From Glycera tridactyla (lineage: Eukaryota): a DNA stretch of 64,000 nucleotides. The notes below the pieces were generated by a model, which was not told the DNA's origin, searched no databases, and was given only the letters and a program-made list of their open reading frames with translations. Position 1 is the first letter of the stretch. Each line of letters begins with the position of its first letter. The stretch spans positions 96,472,001 to 96,536,000 of the forward strand of contig OZ286463.1 in the NCBI GenBank assembly GCA_965644265.1. The letters are read 5' to 3'. Below are positions 37,167 through 51,212 of this stretch, one piece after another. Both the position numbers and the translations under genes were made by a program.

Positions 37167-39078
37167 TATTTATGGATCCTGTAGTACAGGAACATTCATT
37201 GTATATATGTCATACAAAGTGGGGAAATGACTCTACTTGGTCCATCCTACATCCAGAGCTGTGCTACTGCACTTTCGATTCGGTTTTATTCAAGTTCTGA
37301 TGTACTTGTGACCATTGTTTCTCAACCCAAATGGAGTAGAATGATGATCACAGTATATCTATGTATAACCTGAAAAAATATTGGGTGTTTAGTGACTGTT
37401 GAACCCAGAATGTGGGAGTATGGTTTAGGCCTGCTCCAGAGCTTCATGGAAATGCATGCACCCTGTAGAAGTGAGTAGCACAGGCCTGTGTTGGTGGTTA
37501 CAACTCCCACTTTCATTGTGATATTTGATGACTCCAGTAGCTATGTATATAGATCCACTCTTGATGATGTCTTCATCAAGAATGAGCTTTCTCAAGACTG
37601 CCATTTTTATCTCACTTGGTGGCATCCAAGCTGCGTTGATGGTGCAATTTGAAGATTGCCCGCAGATGGGTCAAACATGGGGCATTTCTGTTTTTGCTTA
37701 AGTCTAGTATTTGCCTGTGATCTCATGTGCCTAATTGTGCTATGACTGCTGGCGTACAGGTATATGGGCCTCTGCCATGTGTTCAGTGGGGGTATCCCAC
37801 AGGGTATGGTGTGACAATAGCAGTGCTGAATGATTCATCTGTCTGATATTTGCAGTCCCCTCAAAACCAGTGACAGCCTCCTCTTCTTTCTAACTTAAAA
37901 CAAGTCAGGCATGTGATTTATCAGGGGGAAAACTGAATTCACAATCAGATGCCAGACTGATCATTGAGTCCTGTTTCAATTTTTTTTCATGGTGAACCGA
38001 TCCCATCCCTGCAAGTGCATTAAACACTTTCAAGTGAATACTCATGATCATTTGTGAAATGGACCCTGTTATTTGTCCTTGTGAGAGCATGATGTCCAGT
38101 GATAATATTGCATGGCAAATTCCAATAGGAAGATATCTTTATAGTTTCATTGGAAATCTGAGGTTTGACACAGGATTTCCTACTAATAATAACTTGAAGT
38201 ACAATTCTCTTGACGCAGCATTTTCCCTGTTCACCTTGTCTAGATCCTCCCAGGGTTTGTCAGTGATGATGCCACAACATGGTGGCTCACCCTTCGCTCG
38301 AGTGCCAAACCTCAAACTTATTTCTTTCACACTTTTATGTCCATCCATATCAGCAGAACGGGCAGGAAATCATTCTATAATTCCAGCTACACATCCCAAA
38401 ACAGAAATTAATTTCGAAGAACTTTTCCTGGCCCTTCAAGACTTTGAAGATTATATAACAACCAAGATTACCATTTTTGGAAGACATTGTTTGATGTCTG
38501 CAAATTGTACTTGGGATGGGACAATACAAGGACATGTGGCTATCATGGAAAGGCTGGCCAAGCATTATCCATTGACAACATTCCGTTATTGGGGCCAAAT
38601 TCATGAAGTGGGTAACTATATTCTGAAGTCATATGCTTAGTGATGAAGGGGTCCATCCAGACTGTCAGTCATGCATGCTCTCTGTTAATTTCTGAAGTTC
38701 ATGGAAGTTAGTTCTCCTATTCTTGTATCTGAAAGCTGCTCGATTATGCAACTTCTGGCATTGAACAAAGTTTCAATGTGCCTACCTTTCATCACTGAGT
38801 GTTTCCACTGCAATGCTCTCATGGGTTGGTCACAAGAGATCTGGCTTATTATATTTTCTGAATTCACACTCTTATGAAAGATTATCTAACACGGGGTGAC
38901 ACTGGCTATCTCTGGTAATTTCATTATTTCATTGTTGATTGACATTTCAGTTTCCCAGATAGGATAACCTACAGAATTCTCAGCTGCTCATCTTGTATTG
39001 TATAGTTGATCATGATGCAGCCGGAAACAAGGGTGCTGATGTGTTATCTATAGTTCTTTATCTATTTTGAATCTAGTA

Positions 39079-39549
39079 CAGGGTTCGCACTGACTCTGGA
39101 AATGTTCTGGAAATCATTACCTATACTGGAATTGTTCTGGAAAACATGTTTTTCACTTTATTGTTCTGGAAAAATACTGGAATTTCGAGATTTGTACTCT
39201 GGAACTCATACCTATGTTCTGGAGATCAGCAAAAACCTAGTAATTTCACTCATTTTTGCTGATTGACAGTGCACACTGTAGGCATCTATAGTTCTGATAG
39301 ATCTCAAAATGACCACCAAGATGTGCACATGAAAAATCGTGATCACCTTCATAATGGAGTATTTCAGAAAACTAAGTGGTTCAGACATACTACCTCTCGT
39401 CGCTGATGCTGCACGTATAATATCACCATCAATCATGAGGCATTCATCTCGAAAACCATGAATTTATTGGTTGTGTGTGTTCTGGAAATTCTTCATGGTG
39501 TACTGGAAATGTTCTGGAAAAACTCTGGAATTTTATCGTGAGAACCCTG
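39079..39549. mobile_element. hAT-like MITE with TTCTGGAA/CTGGAA subterminal repeats
   Basis: TIR CAGGGTTCGCAC / GTGAGAACCCTG; no clear TSD. Confidence 0.6.
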
Positions 39550-42134
39550 TATGAACCATGTAGTAGGTATCTTTTACATCAATCATGAAAATGGCAATTA
39601 GGCATCACCTCCAATGATGAATTTGTTATTAAGTTTCCATGATGATTCAGTAAATTTACTCCATATTCAACCATGATTTGCACCCCAGAACTAGTATCTC
39701 CCCAAAATTAATATTTGAGGAGGTTTGATTTCAAGTAGGTAGCAAACATCCGCAACCAGGATCCATGCTTGGTGGACCTTTTTCTGAGTCTTTGCCATGT
39801 TTTGTAACATGACTCTTTCATGCTTCGGAGTTTCGCATTGTATATTGCATATTCCATCTGGGTCTTGATGTGTATGCCAAAAAGAAATGTTTGTTGAAAC
39901 CTGTGACACAAGACCACTATGAATGACAATGAAAAGTGGTCCCATATAAAAGGTGGTCTCTTGTTGTATATTGGACTATGTCAGATAGGAATGGTGCTTT
40001 CATAAGTGGTCTTAATAAATGGGTGGTCTCATCAGGGTCTCATCTCAGGTCTTACTGTGAAGTCAGCATTCAAAGAAGGTTGTTCAGAGATAATTGAAGC
40101 CACCTGAAATCCATTTTTCCCACAATATCATTATTTCAGAGAATTCATCCTTGAATGATCATTCTTTAAGAATGGAGGGTATTTTTTCATCACATTGGAT
40201 GTATTTGAAAATATTGGGTTTTGCCCTGGAAATATTCCAGATGAGAATTCATCCGGTCATTATGAGAAAGTTAGGAAGAATGAAGTGTTAGTGTTCAGTG
40301 GATTTAAGATGACAGGATTTCTCAGTAGCCAGGCCACTGATGCCTAGATTATGTTCATCATGGTTGGATGCCATGATGAATTTGGGATCAGCTGGTTCTT
40401 CAGTTTGAGGTATGTTGATTGTTCTTTTGATGCACAATAGCTATCTTTAGGTTTGCTTACAACTTTTTCTTAGATCTTACTGAAGTCTGTAGATCTTTAA
40501 GTAAAACATAGTCTTACGATGTCAGTATGGTGAACAATTGTAATTTCAGGTTTTTAACCCCAACATCACAAAGTGCATTCGGTTTGATGATTATATGCGA
40601 GCATTCAGAATGCGAGGAACCTGTTTGCATGAACTGTTCAAAAAATATCGTGAAAGAGTTTTATGACAGAAGTGTTTGGATAACTGCTGGACAAATTGTG
40701 TACATTAGCATGTATGAGAATCAGTGTTGAAGGTTTGCTAAGCTATCAATCATAACTATTTTTCATAATGTATGAATGTCGATATGAGTCCGCTCTCAGA
40801 GGGGGAGCAACACAAAGGCAGCTCATCACCTTGTATATTCCTCACATTTTTTTTCATTTTTGTTAAATATCATTTTCAAGTGCAGTACAAGTGCTATTTA
40901 TGAATCAAGTTCCATGCTAGAACCAAAAAACCTGTTGGCACCACCATGATGATACTCGTCATTTTGGGGGTATGTCTTCGCAGAGGTTACCGTTTCAACT
41001 TCTTCCTCACTACTGCAATTGTCAGAAGATCAAAGTAAAGAAATTCTAATAAAGTGACTGCGAAAAAGTTCTGATGCCCGCAAGCATCTCATTTAAAACA
41101 AACAGTCAATCTCATCTGAACGAATGTTGCTTTTCCCCAGAAATCTGTATTCATTGCCATAATATGTGTGTATTACCTATAATCTCAGATTACTTGGTCT
41201 GTGATGGCCATCCGGAGTTTTAGTTAGGAGGAAAATCATGTATAAAAGGGATGGGATGATTCCATCTGAAAATCAGTATTCATGCTTACCTGTTTCATTG
41301 TATGTTTCATCACATAGAAATGTAGAAAGAGGTTTTGCAGTTACTTCAACTTGACTGCCTTGCTGGCTTCCCATCATCTTTGTTCAGGGTTCATGAGAAT
41401 GGGACAGAGTATCCAGACTTGAACACATGGTACCAGAGATGCCAACCATTTTGGAATAATGATTACTCTTTTTCAGCCAAAATTAGGGCGTTTTATGTGT
41501 ATCATTACTTCAAATTTTGGTCATCAAAGGTTCCCTGTGGTTTACATAAGCCCATGTGATGACTGATGAACCCCAACCAGTCAACTAATCATATTCGTTA
41601 ACACTACACTTTGACAGACTTAATCATAGGTGAATCTATTCCACAACTGACCAGTCATTTTCGCCATAATTGATGGTCAAAATAGTGGAATTCTGTATAT
41701 GTTGTGGGTTTGGCTGCAAATGTGGATGTTTCCAAGTGTGAGATAGTAATGAAATTGTGGATTTGGACTATCTGGGGTGGCTCCTGAATTCTCATAAATA
41801 TATGCAATGATATGATATGACTGATTCCAGTTAAATGGTAATGATCATCTCAAAAGTTATGATAAATAATTTATAAGTTCAAATGTTATTGAGGAAGATA
41901 GGTTAAGTATCTTGCGTTGGTTTCTCAAGGAGAATTCATTCCAACTCTCCTCCATGAGGTTCATATCTTGTAACTACTCGGCATTGCTGTTTTTTCCCGG
42001 CAACTGGCATTGAAGGTAATGACGGAGGCTGTGTCCCTCAAGAGCATAACTCTATCTATTGTAATACCATGTATGCTTGATGGAGTCAAAGTAAATCATA
42101 CATAATTGAATGGTTGTACTTAAAAACTGGGTCT

Positions 42135-42305
42135 NNNNNNNNNNNNNNNNNNNNNNNNNNNNNNNNNNNNNNNNNNNNNNNNNNNNNNNNNNNNNNNNNN
42201 NNNNNNNNNNNNNNNNNNNNNNNNNNNNNNNNNNNNNNNNNNNNNNNNNNNNNNNNNNNNNNNNNNNNNNNNNNNNNNNNNNNNNNNNNNNNNNNNNNNN
42301 NNNNN
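42135..42305. other. Assembly gap (N run)
   Basis: 171 N. Confidence 1.
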
Positions 42306-44418
42306 TGAATGTACGAAAAGTTTTGTCCTCCATGCCTTTCTGAGATGATCCGTTCACCGTTCACAAGTGTTACTTAGATCTGAGAGTATGCCATTTGTAT
42401 TGTAAATCTCTTTTTCTCAGTAATGTAATGCAGGGACTGTGATGAATGCCAGGAAGCAGTGATAGGCATGACGAATGGTAAATGTGACAATCATTGTAAA
42501 GCTAAAGCATCATGCAATAAAGAGACACCAGGAAATATTGTTTGGCGCTCAATTGACAGCCAGAGAGAGCTCCGAAGTCAGTAAATGAACTTCTCCAGAG
42601 TAAGGATAACATTAGCTACTCAACTGCTGAAAATTTGGGAAGTATTGAATAGTTTATGCCAAAGTTTTGTATGTATGATCATGTTCCTTTTGTCTCAACC
42701 AATGGGATATACACAGTTTAGAATCAAAAATGTTCTTTGAATTGTTTTTATCATTTGCATTTGTTGGGATATCTTTCATTGTGGGAGTAATTCGATCCCA
42801 CTGGCCCATGAAGGGGATGAAATATGTTTGGTATTTCATGATTGTACTAGATGAGTAAAAGTTTTGTTAATGTATATCAAGGAAATTTGTTGGACCCATC
42901 TTCCTTGAGAGGTCTGATTTGAGGGATATCTTTCATTTCTGATGAATATATCTTTAGCCAGCATAGATATGTCTGGATGCATGATTCTCGGACTTGGACA
43001 ACATTGTCATGCCTCCAAGATATATTTATACTGTGTAAGATACAGAAACATTCGGGTCAGTTGTTCAATAAAAATGAAGTGCTTGTGTGGCTCTCGGATG
43101 AAAACGGTATATCTGGCTGTAATCAAGCAGTACTCCCATTTAAAGTTTGCTAGAGGTATCATTGTATAGGGCTAGCACAAACTTGACATGAAACTCCCTC
43201 CATATGTAGTACAGGGTTCTTCAAATGTATTTCACAGGCTCTTTTGTAAATGTGTTATTGACAGTAGCATTCTACTTAATCACAGGTACATGTGGACTTT
43301 CCCTAAAGTCCAGCCGTGTCTCACGACCATGAGATTGGTCCAGTACAGTGAATGATGCTATGGCCAACGATGGTGATGACTGGTCAGGTGACCCATTTTG
43401 GGCACCCAGCTAATTGGAACCTACCACTATTCTAATATGGAGCAGTTCTGGCTGCTTTGCTGTTGTCCCTAAATCATAGCATCTACGAAAGTCTGCTGCA
43501 TTTATGGATGTGTGTCTTGATCAAGCTAGATGGCGCCTGTGTCTCCAATCATATATTCAAAAAGGTTTGTCATGATTATATCATGGCACTAGATTATGTT
43601 TTAGGAGTCACTTTCTTAATGTGTTCAGTTTTGTACTTTTTTTGAGGATTGACATTGCTGGACTGCCAGTAGGCATTTGATGTTTGCTATTGCTCTGACT
43701 ATGTCTCAATTTTTCATACTTTTGGGTGATGCCAGATTTGAGATGGCGTTTTGGTCCATTGTATGAGGAAGCTGATAAAGAGTTATTTCAAGTTGTATCT
43801 ATTTCTGCCTCATTGGCTGGTTATTGTTGGCAAAGCCAATTCAGTATGTACTCAAAGATTTGTTGCAAGTATGAAATTCAAGTGGTGTGTCCTAAGTTAG
43901 TAATTCTGCCGACCAAGTCAATGTACTTATATTTCGAGTAATTTTGATTGAAAGATCATAACAGCAGCCATGAGTTGCAGAGGTTCCAAGACCCTGTTTT
44001 AGAGTGACATACTTTCATTGATGCCTCTGCAAGATGATATCCATTTGGCTGCCTGGAACTGTTTCTGGTGTATGCCTTAGGAGAAATAGAAAATAGTTTA
44101 TAGCTTATGAGAATTCTGAATCTAGCAAAGATAATAGCATGTTTATTGCTGTACAAGAATTAAGATTTTGAGACATATCAGAGCCAGTCCAGCTATCTGT
44201 ACTTGTGTTTAAATGCCCACATGTCTGGCCCACCTGGTTGGGTAATATTGCCAGAATCATGCTCATATCAAACAGTTATCATATAAATTGAAATGTGGCA
44301 GTTGTAAGAATAAAGAAATGAAAATCCAATCTGTTTTTGTGTTTATTCTTATATGTACAGCTTATTTGAAGTCGACAGCTCACAAGTTAAGATGGTTGTA
44401 AGTATCCTCCAATCCTAA

Positions 44419-47400
44419 TAGTCCGGTGTCTTAGTGTCAACTTTTGACCAAATCGTTACAGACCGGACTAAAGCAACAAACTTTGCATACTTCTAGTAAA
44501 TGTACTGGGTAATCATTCTGGAGGGGGGGTGCCTGGGCCTGACCTTCTAGATCAAGGTCAGATCAAGGTCAAAGGTCAAAGGGTGCATTTTGGGGTCTGA
44601 CTTGAGTATGTCAATCAAAAATGATTTCTTCTTCGAGAATCTTATTGAAATTGTTTGTAAACCTTCAAGATGGGTTGAATAAAGGTGAACAATATTGTCA
44701 GGGTATGATTGCTGGTGAATTATTGAATTTTGATGTGGCTGTTTATTGGCCACTTTGGTATTTAGCCATTTTGGAGTATAATAAGCAGTAATTACCAGGT
44801 ACATTTATGGTAAATATCACTGACTTGAACTCAGTAATCTTTTACCCATCAGCTTTATTTCTTTGGAATGTTTGATGTTTTGCTCAAATATAATGAAATA
44901 TACAAAGTCAGGATAAGGCAGGGCGCTTAGGGATTAGGGTAATACATCGAAGCCAAATGTCTTTGAAGCATAAAAAAGAGAAAACATGCCTCTGCAAATT
45001 ATCAATCAAATTCCATCTTTTGAATTGATATATTGATATGATATATATATTTTTCAAACATTTTGAACCAATTTTTTGAACTTTTTGAACAAATACCAGT
45101 AAAGGCTATTGGGACCTTTGATAACAAAGATCCTAATATGAGTTCTTCCTCGGCACTGGGATCTTTCCATTCCAAAGAATTGACAACCCTGAAACCTGCA
45201 GACCAACAATCACAATTCCCCTTCCATGTGATGCTTGTCCCCCACATTACCTGAACCCTTCAGTGCTACCAGAAGTAGCCTGTAACATTAATCACATGGA
45301 AGTATCTAAAGCTGATATTCCAAATATGGTCAGTCAGATTGATTTTGCAAAGGGTGAGCCGAATGATTGGTTTGATTAAAGCATCCATTTTCTTACTAAA
45401 GGAATGATCACCAAAGATGAAAACATATTTTGGCCAGCTCACGATTATATGCACCTTGACATCACAACCCAAACAACCCACTTGGTATCACTGGCCTCCT
45501 TCCAATGTTCTTCAAGAAAGCAGCTACAACTTCAATGGTTAGGCATGGGATGCATATAATGAAGCAGGCCACAGCATTTCCCAATCCAAGTCAAATCCTG
45601 GTAATTGCCTTTGATCAGCCACTTTTTGCTCTGGCTAAATATGTTTGGTTGACCTGACCAGAACTATTTAGAGAGGCCTCAATTGTGATGATGTTCAGAG
45701 GACTCCATATAGAAATGGCTCTATGGAGAATGATGGGTCACATGTTGGAGAGAAGTGATTGGACAATAGCCCTGAGTGAAGCTGGTATTGCCTTTGCTGG
45801 AACTACACTCATCTCTTTATGTGTCTCTTTTAGCCCGCACAAGAGATGCCAATCTTGTTAGTACAGAAACAAGTGGGTGACATGCTCATTTGATTCATTG
45901 CAGCAGAAGATGTGTTCCAACAGCCCTACATTCAAGTAGTACCTTAATCTCATTTTGGAATCAGAAATGTTACTCCTGATATTGGTTCATTCTCATCATG
46001 AACAGAGTTTGTCTATTTATGGATGACCTCGATTTTCCACCCTTGACCATCAGATCTATGCTTGATGGATCCCTGTACATATCAGAGACATGAAGACATT
46101 GCCTAAGGGTATCAGAAAGAAACTTGAACAGTTTTGGGTCTTCCCAAAGACACAGGAGATTCTCCATCATGCCATTTGACCAGGCAAACAAACATAATAA
46201 TGCCAGAGTGAAAGACTGGTGGAGCAACCTGATTGACTGAAAATTCTGTAGCACTGAAGAGATATATGGTTTCTGGGCCAGAGCAAGCCAAACTGCTCAC
46301 AGATTTTGAGTAACAACACATGCCCAAAGCTAAAGTTGACTTTCAGTGCCATGAACAAGGTTTTCCATGCAACATTGATTCAAAAGCCAAGTTGATAGAC
46401 AATTAACCTGATGACCATTGACTCAGATGACTTTGCTGATCAGTCAATTCTAATCACACTACAAATGCTTGAAGCTTTGAGGAATCTACAGTATTCCCCG
46501 TATGTGAAGGATCTCAGAATTCATAAAGCAATTGGGAGCCTGCTATTCATATCATGTCAATCATACTATGATGTCAACTTCTTGATGGCCCAGCCATAGT
46601 ATATTCACTAGTTTGAGATGGAGCAACCACATTCGATCAATAGAGTGGGGTGAAGCTATATACTTGACAAATCAACAACTCCCGAATTCCAAATGACAGA
46701 CATTGTGTCAGACATCTACAGGAAGTCAGTTTGAAGGAAGCAACTTGTGAGGAAAAAGGAAAAAAGCCCATTGATGGACCTAGCTCCCTATGAACTTCTC
46801 ATTCTTTCTGGCTTCACTGAACAAAACAGAATTGTTTAATTTGCTCTCAGAGGAAGTCACTGCCCATGAGTCATCCAGGTTAAGCGGTGTTATCCCCTCT
46901 GGCAATTCTGTCATATGAATGGCGACTGGTGAACCAATGGGAGAATTTGACCAAGAGGAAGCTGACTCTAGGATATGCCTCCATCTAGCAGATACTTTAA
47001 AAAGGTGCTGAAACACCTGTGTAGAGTTCAGTATATATGGGTGTTTGGGTCATACTAATTTGTGTATTCTTTGATTTTGATCTTTGAGTCATCCTGTTGT
47101 ACGTTTATGAGTATCATCGAAAAAGGAAAGCACCTCTGATTCTATCATATCAATTCTATGTGTGAGGAGTTGGTGAGGACAAGTCACCTATCTTCTTCCA
47201 TGCTGCTACTGGATCAGATACAACCTCGCAGTTCCATGGCAGAGAAAAAGTCAGCCTGGGAGGCATGGGTGACAATTTCAGCAGTTACTGAGGAATTCCT
47301 GCTTTCAGTGCAGTGCTAAGTAATTGAACTATTCAGCTGTATCATATGTGATAATGCCTCAACACATTCAAAAGTCAATGTCTTGAGACAGCACCTGTCT

Positions 47401-49135
47401 CCAGGAAAGGTGAAGTCAATGCAGTCTTCCGCCAACACAAGCAACCTTCCTTGAACATACAAATCACAGCTTATATCGACCTAGTATTAGGTTATCTAGC
47501 CCGAAAGCTGAACAAAATGCTCCATATCCAGATGGTTTTGGGTGGACACAGGTGGAGAATTCATGGAAACCCAGCCGGACAATCTGTCAGATGCTGCCAG
47601 AAGCGGTAGACAGCTTATCAAATGTGGTTTCAAGGCAACACCATTATGTATCTGAGTAAATGCATGTGCAAGAATACAGGACTTCAATGCACTGTACTCT
47701 ATCCATGTCACAGAAGTTGTTCAAAGTAGTTTGTATATTGATATGCTGGAGAATCCAAATATGAGTTTCATTAGGAGACCTTCAAAGTTCTCAGTTATTG
47801 CCAGAGCTAATAACATCTACTGAGTGTCCATAGATTGTGCTCACCAAAGCACACATTTTGGGTGATCAGCACAATCAACAGGCAAATATTATGAACATAA
47901 GCTGCAAGCAGAAACTTCGCAAATCTATGCATATATTTTTATTTGGGTAGTGCAACCGATATCTGTAGGTTGCACTTGCCAATGAACCATATTTTGTTGG
48001 ATCAAGCAGTACATTCTACATATTATCAATGTTAATCGCCTTCTACCTGGGCAATTTCACCTGTTGTCTAATAAACTTCACAATCCTCATATTTGAGTGC
48101 ATTAATTTTGTGAACATAATGAAAAGTCTTCAAAATTGATACTTTCAAACAGTCAGTTAATCAACTATTTCCAGGAGCATGACGATCATGGATAATAATA
48201 GCACTATGTTGATGTATTGAAAGAACTGAATTATGAAACCATGTCCGGTTCTCAGTGATATACTATTTGTGTGTTAGAATGTGTGTTTATATGTTAGAAC
48301 TGCACTGATGTTTTTCTCAAGTTTTCTTGTGTGGACAATCTGAACCCATCTCTTCATCACATCAATTGGAACAGACTGCCTGTTAACTGAGCTGGCAGTA
48401 TATTGGCAGAATCTGGTATATGTGATGACCATTATAATATATCTATCATATTTCCAAGTTAACCCTTTCCCCCCCCACATTAATTTTTATCCATGCAGTT
48501 ATTTCATATATTCTCAGCTCATGATAATAGACTTTAGAGTTGACAGTATAGACAAACTCTCACTCTGTACAACACATTGGGTTTCCTTCTATTCAAAGTA
48601 GCCAAATTAAACACATTATTGAAGCATGGTTTGTGAAATTCAGTCATGATGGGGTTATGATTCACTTCATATGTATATTAAATAGTCTATGAATGCAGGA
48701 TAATTCTATTGATGATCAACCATACTTCAATGTTGAAAATGTTGTGGATTATGTCAATGTCAAGCCCATAGATCTGACAATTTCTCCGTAAATTAGCCGA
48801 TTACGTTTGAAAATTGCCTATATTTCCAATTTAATGCAGCAAATTAAATTTTTTCATTTTATGAAAAGTTACCTGATATGGTTCATCATGAAGATACTCT
48901 GTCAAATTATGACTTATATGGATGTTCTCTGCAGAAATAAAATGAATATATTGCCAAAATGAGTGATATTCTCAGATTGTGGTGGCCATTTTGAAAAATC
49001 ACCCAATTCAGGATCTAGACACCTGAGCCCGGGCATCTATGTCTAGAATGTGTTTTAGGGACCTAAAGAACACATGTGCAAAATTTGGTGCTTTAGTCCG
49101 GCGAGTAACGATTTTTTCACTAAGCCACCAGACTA
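44419..49135 (+). mobile_element. Degenerate Academ (AcademX-type) DNA transposon, both ends preserved
   Basis: Imperfect TIRs TAGTCCGGTGTCTTAGTG...AAATCGTTAC..CCGGACTAAAGCA (44419 onward) and the reverse complement ending ...GACTA at 49135. 3-bp TSD TAA at 44416-44418 and 49136-49138. The interior carries broken reading frames with family motifs (next feature). Confidence 0.88.
45060..47730 (+). pseudogene. Academ transposase-XPG/PIN-like nuclease-Cys-rich domain pseudogene
   Basis: Fragments in order: FDNKDPNMSSSSALGSFH; LLPMFFKKAATTSMVRHGM; VIAFDQPLFALAKYV; GLHIEMALW; LDHQIYA*WIPVHIRDM; MVSGPEQAKLL; QEEADSRICLH; FFHAATGSDTTSQF; LPPTQ; C-terminal LIKCGFK...KCMCK...CT. Many stops and frameshifts. 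Confidence 0.85.
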
Positions 49136-49767
49136 TAATGTATTCCCTTGTTTCAATCTCCAAGTGTTGTCCATACAGTGATGCAAGTTTGAAAATGTCC
49201 AGACATCCGTAGGAGGCACAATACCTTTGATGACCTCAGGAAATCACAAGTGGTTTCACAGTTGTTGATCCCCACTGCACGTGTGAAGTTCAGTCTGTCT
49301 ATGTTGGTGGATGGCAAGGGTAGCTACTTGCAGTACTAGTAACACATTTGGTAGAACAGTAGGACATATATTCTACCACAATGGCGGATGTGTGATCTTT
49401 TCATCTGCTGCGTTGCAACACTTCGAGGATCATGATGTAACTTTATCAACTTCATGATGTAGCATTTTGAGAACGTTTTGACTTTGGCAAAATTATTGCT
49501 GATAGGCTTGAGTCACAGCTTCCAGTCAGTCGCAAAGGTATGCCATTGGTAACTTCATAAGTCATTTGTTGTGTTTGAGGTTTGCCTGAAGTTCTCGCTA
49601 CCTCCACCTTTCTGGTTGTGATGCATGCACCCCGATTTTGCAGAAATGGTGCCAATGAAACATGACTCAACCAACCAACCAACCAACCGACCAATCCTCG
49701 TGAATCTATCCAATATTCACAGGGTAACACCATGGTCAACAGGTTGATAAGAGAAATGACACCTGGG

Positions 49768-49911
49768 GTGTTTGTGAATTTAATGAATTTTCGCCTTCTG
49801 TTGGGGAACCAGAAGGAGGAGTCTTGAATGATCCCACCCATGCCCGTTTCATGGACATCACAATATAGCACAAATGTAGCTGACGTGACATTAAGCCAAA
49901 ACCAACCAACC
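49768..49911 (+). mobile_element. SINE/LINE 3'-end family A copy
   Basis: Near-identical to 17271-17423. Confidence 0.7.
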
Positions 49912-50090
49912 ATCAGAGAGGTTACAGTCAAACTGATTCGAATGACCACCTCTGCAGACCACTTGTCTACAAAGGCTACTCTGAGTGGTGACCGTTATAG
50001 TATTCCCATAATAGATAACCTCTGTTGACATTTCCAGCCAGTTAAATAGATATGCCATCGCTAGGTTCAATATGTCTTTTTTGTGTACCG

Positions 50091-50280
50091 GTAGATAGAG
50101 GTACGTGTGAACCATCAGCTACTTCCACTTGGCAAGCTATCAGGTTCCCCATCATCTTGTGTTCCGGGTTTGTGAGAGTGATGTCTGCAGGGAAGAGAAC
50201 ATCTAGCTCTCATTGATGAGGAACACACGGCATACATAATCCTCTGGGTTGATACATGCCGTTAAACCTCAAACAAACAA
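50091..50280 (+). mobile_element. SINE-like family B copy (best preserved)
   Basis: Ends GATACATGCCGTTAAACCTCAAACAAACAA, a LINE-type 3' tail. Confidence 0.75.
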
Positions 50281-51034
50281 AAATCTCCCTCGCTGTAGAT
50301 ATAGTGTAGTGCCTTTCCACCCATCATCCAATATCTTATCCACTTGGGAGCTTACATTGGTCACAATTTCACCACACTTGCATTGTTCAGGCACTGTCCA
50401 TTGCGGTCATAATGTTTGGAAATATGGTGGGAATCCACGAAGATTCAGGGCAGTGATGCCATTTTCCTGAAAGACTGTGAAATTCCGAATATGGATAAGA
50501 AATAGAAGTTGAGAGGTTGGCGCAATATGGCTGGAAGTTTTATGACATACGTTAAAGAATAATATCGGGTATCGTTTGAAAATGTCCATAATGGTTCCGA
50601 AAAGTTTGCCTCTTCTTGGTAGCATCACTGTCACAGTGCTCTGTTAAGCATGTAGAAAGACCATGAGGCAGAAGCACCTTTAAATTGATTCAGTTGCATG
50701 GCCTGACAGAATTGCAAGCTATTTTTAGGTTCCAATGTCAATCCAGGACGTATTGCACTAGTGAAGTAGTGATGATTTCCGCACGTCATTCCCAGAAATG
50801 TCATCTTGAGCGTCAGTGGATTTCATCGATATACACCTGTTGGGAACTCAGAAGGAGTCCTGAAAATCCTACCTATGCCCATTGCATGGGCGTAACAATA
50901 TAACACACACGATACTGATGTGCCGGTGAACCAGAAATAACAAACCACCAGCATGTCCACGAATTTTGCAAATAATTAATCAAATTCCCACTTCTTTCCA
51001 ATGGGGTGGATTCAGATGTATCAATATATGTATA

Positions 51035-51212
51035 CAGTCGAATCTGTCTATAAGGACCGCCTTTGGTCGCATCAAAAAGTGGTCTTTATAGGCAGATGGT
51101 CTTTATAGAGAGGTCATTTACTGTTGAAAACACTACCACGGTCGCAGCTCAGGGTGGTCTTTATAGAGAGGTGGTCTCTATAGAGAGGTGGTCTTTAGAG
51201 CAGGTCCGACTG
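51035..51212. mobile_element. TA-flanked pogo/Tigger-like MITE
   Basis: TA|CAGTCGAATCTG ... CAGGTCCGACTG|TA; GTGGTCTTTATAG repeats; same family as 34044-34201. Confidence 0.8.

Noticed and set aside
39079-39549. Sixth member of the 5/6-bp TSD set
   Set aside because: The flanks (CTAGTA / TATGAA) show no duplication beyond TA.
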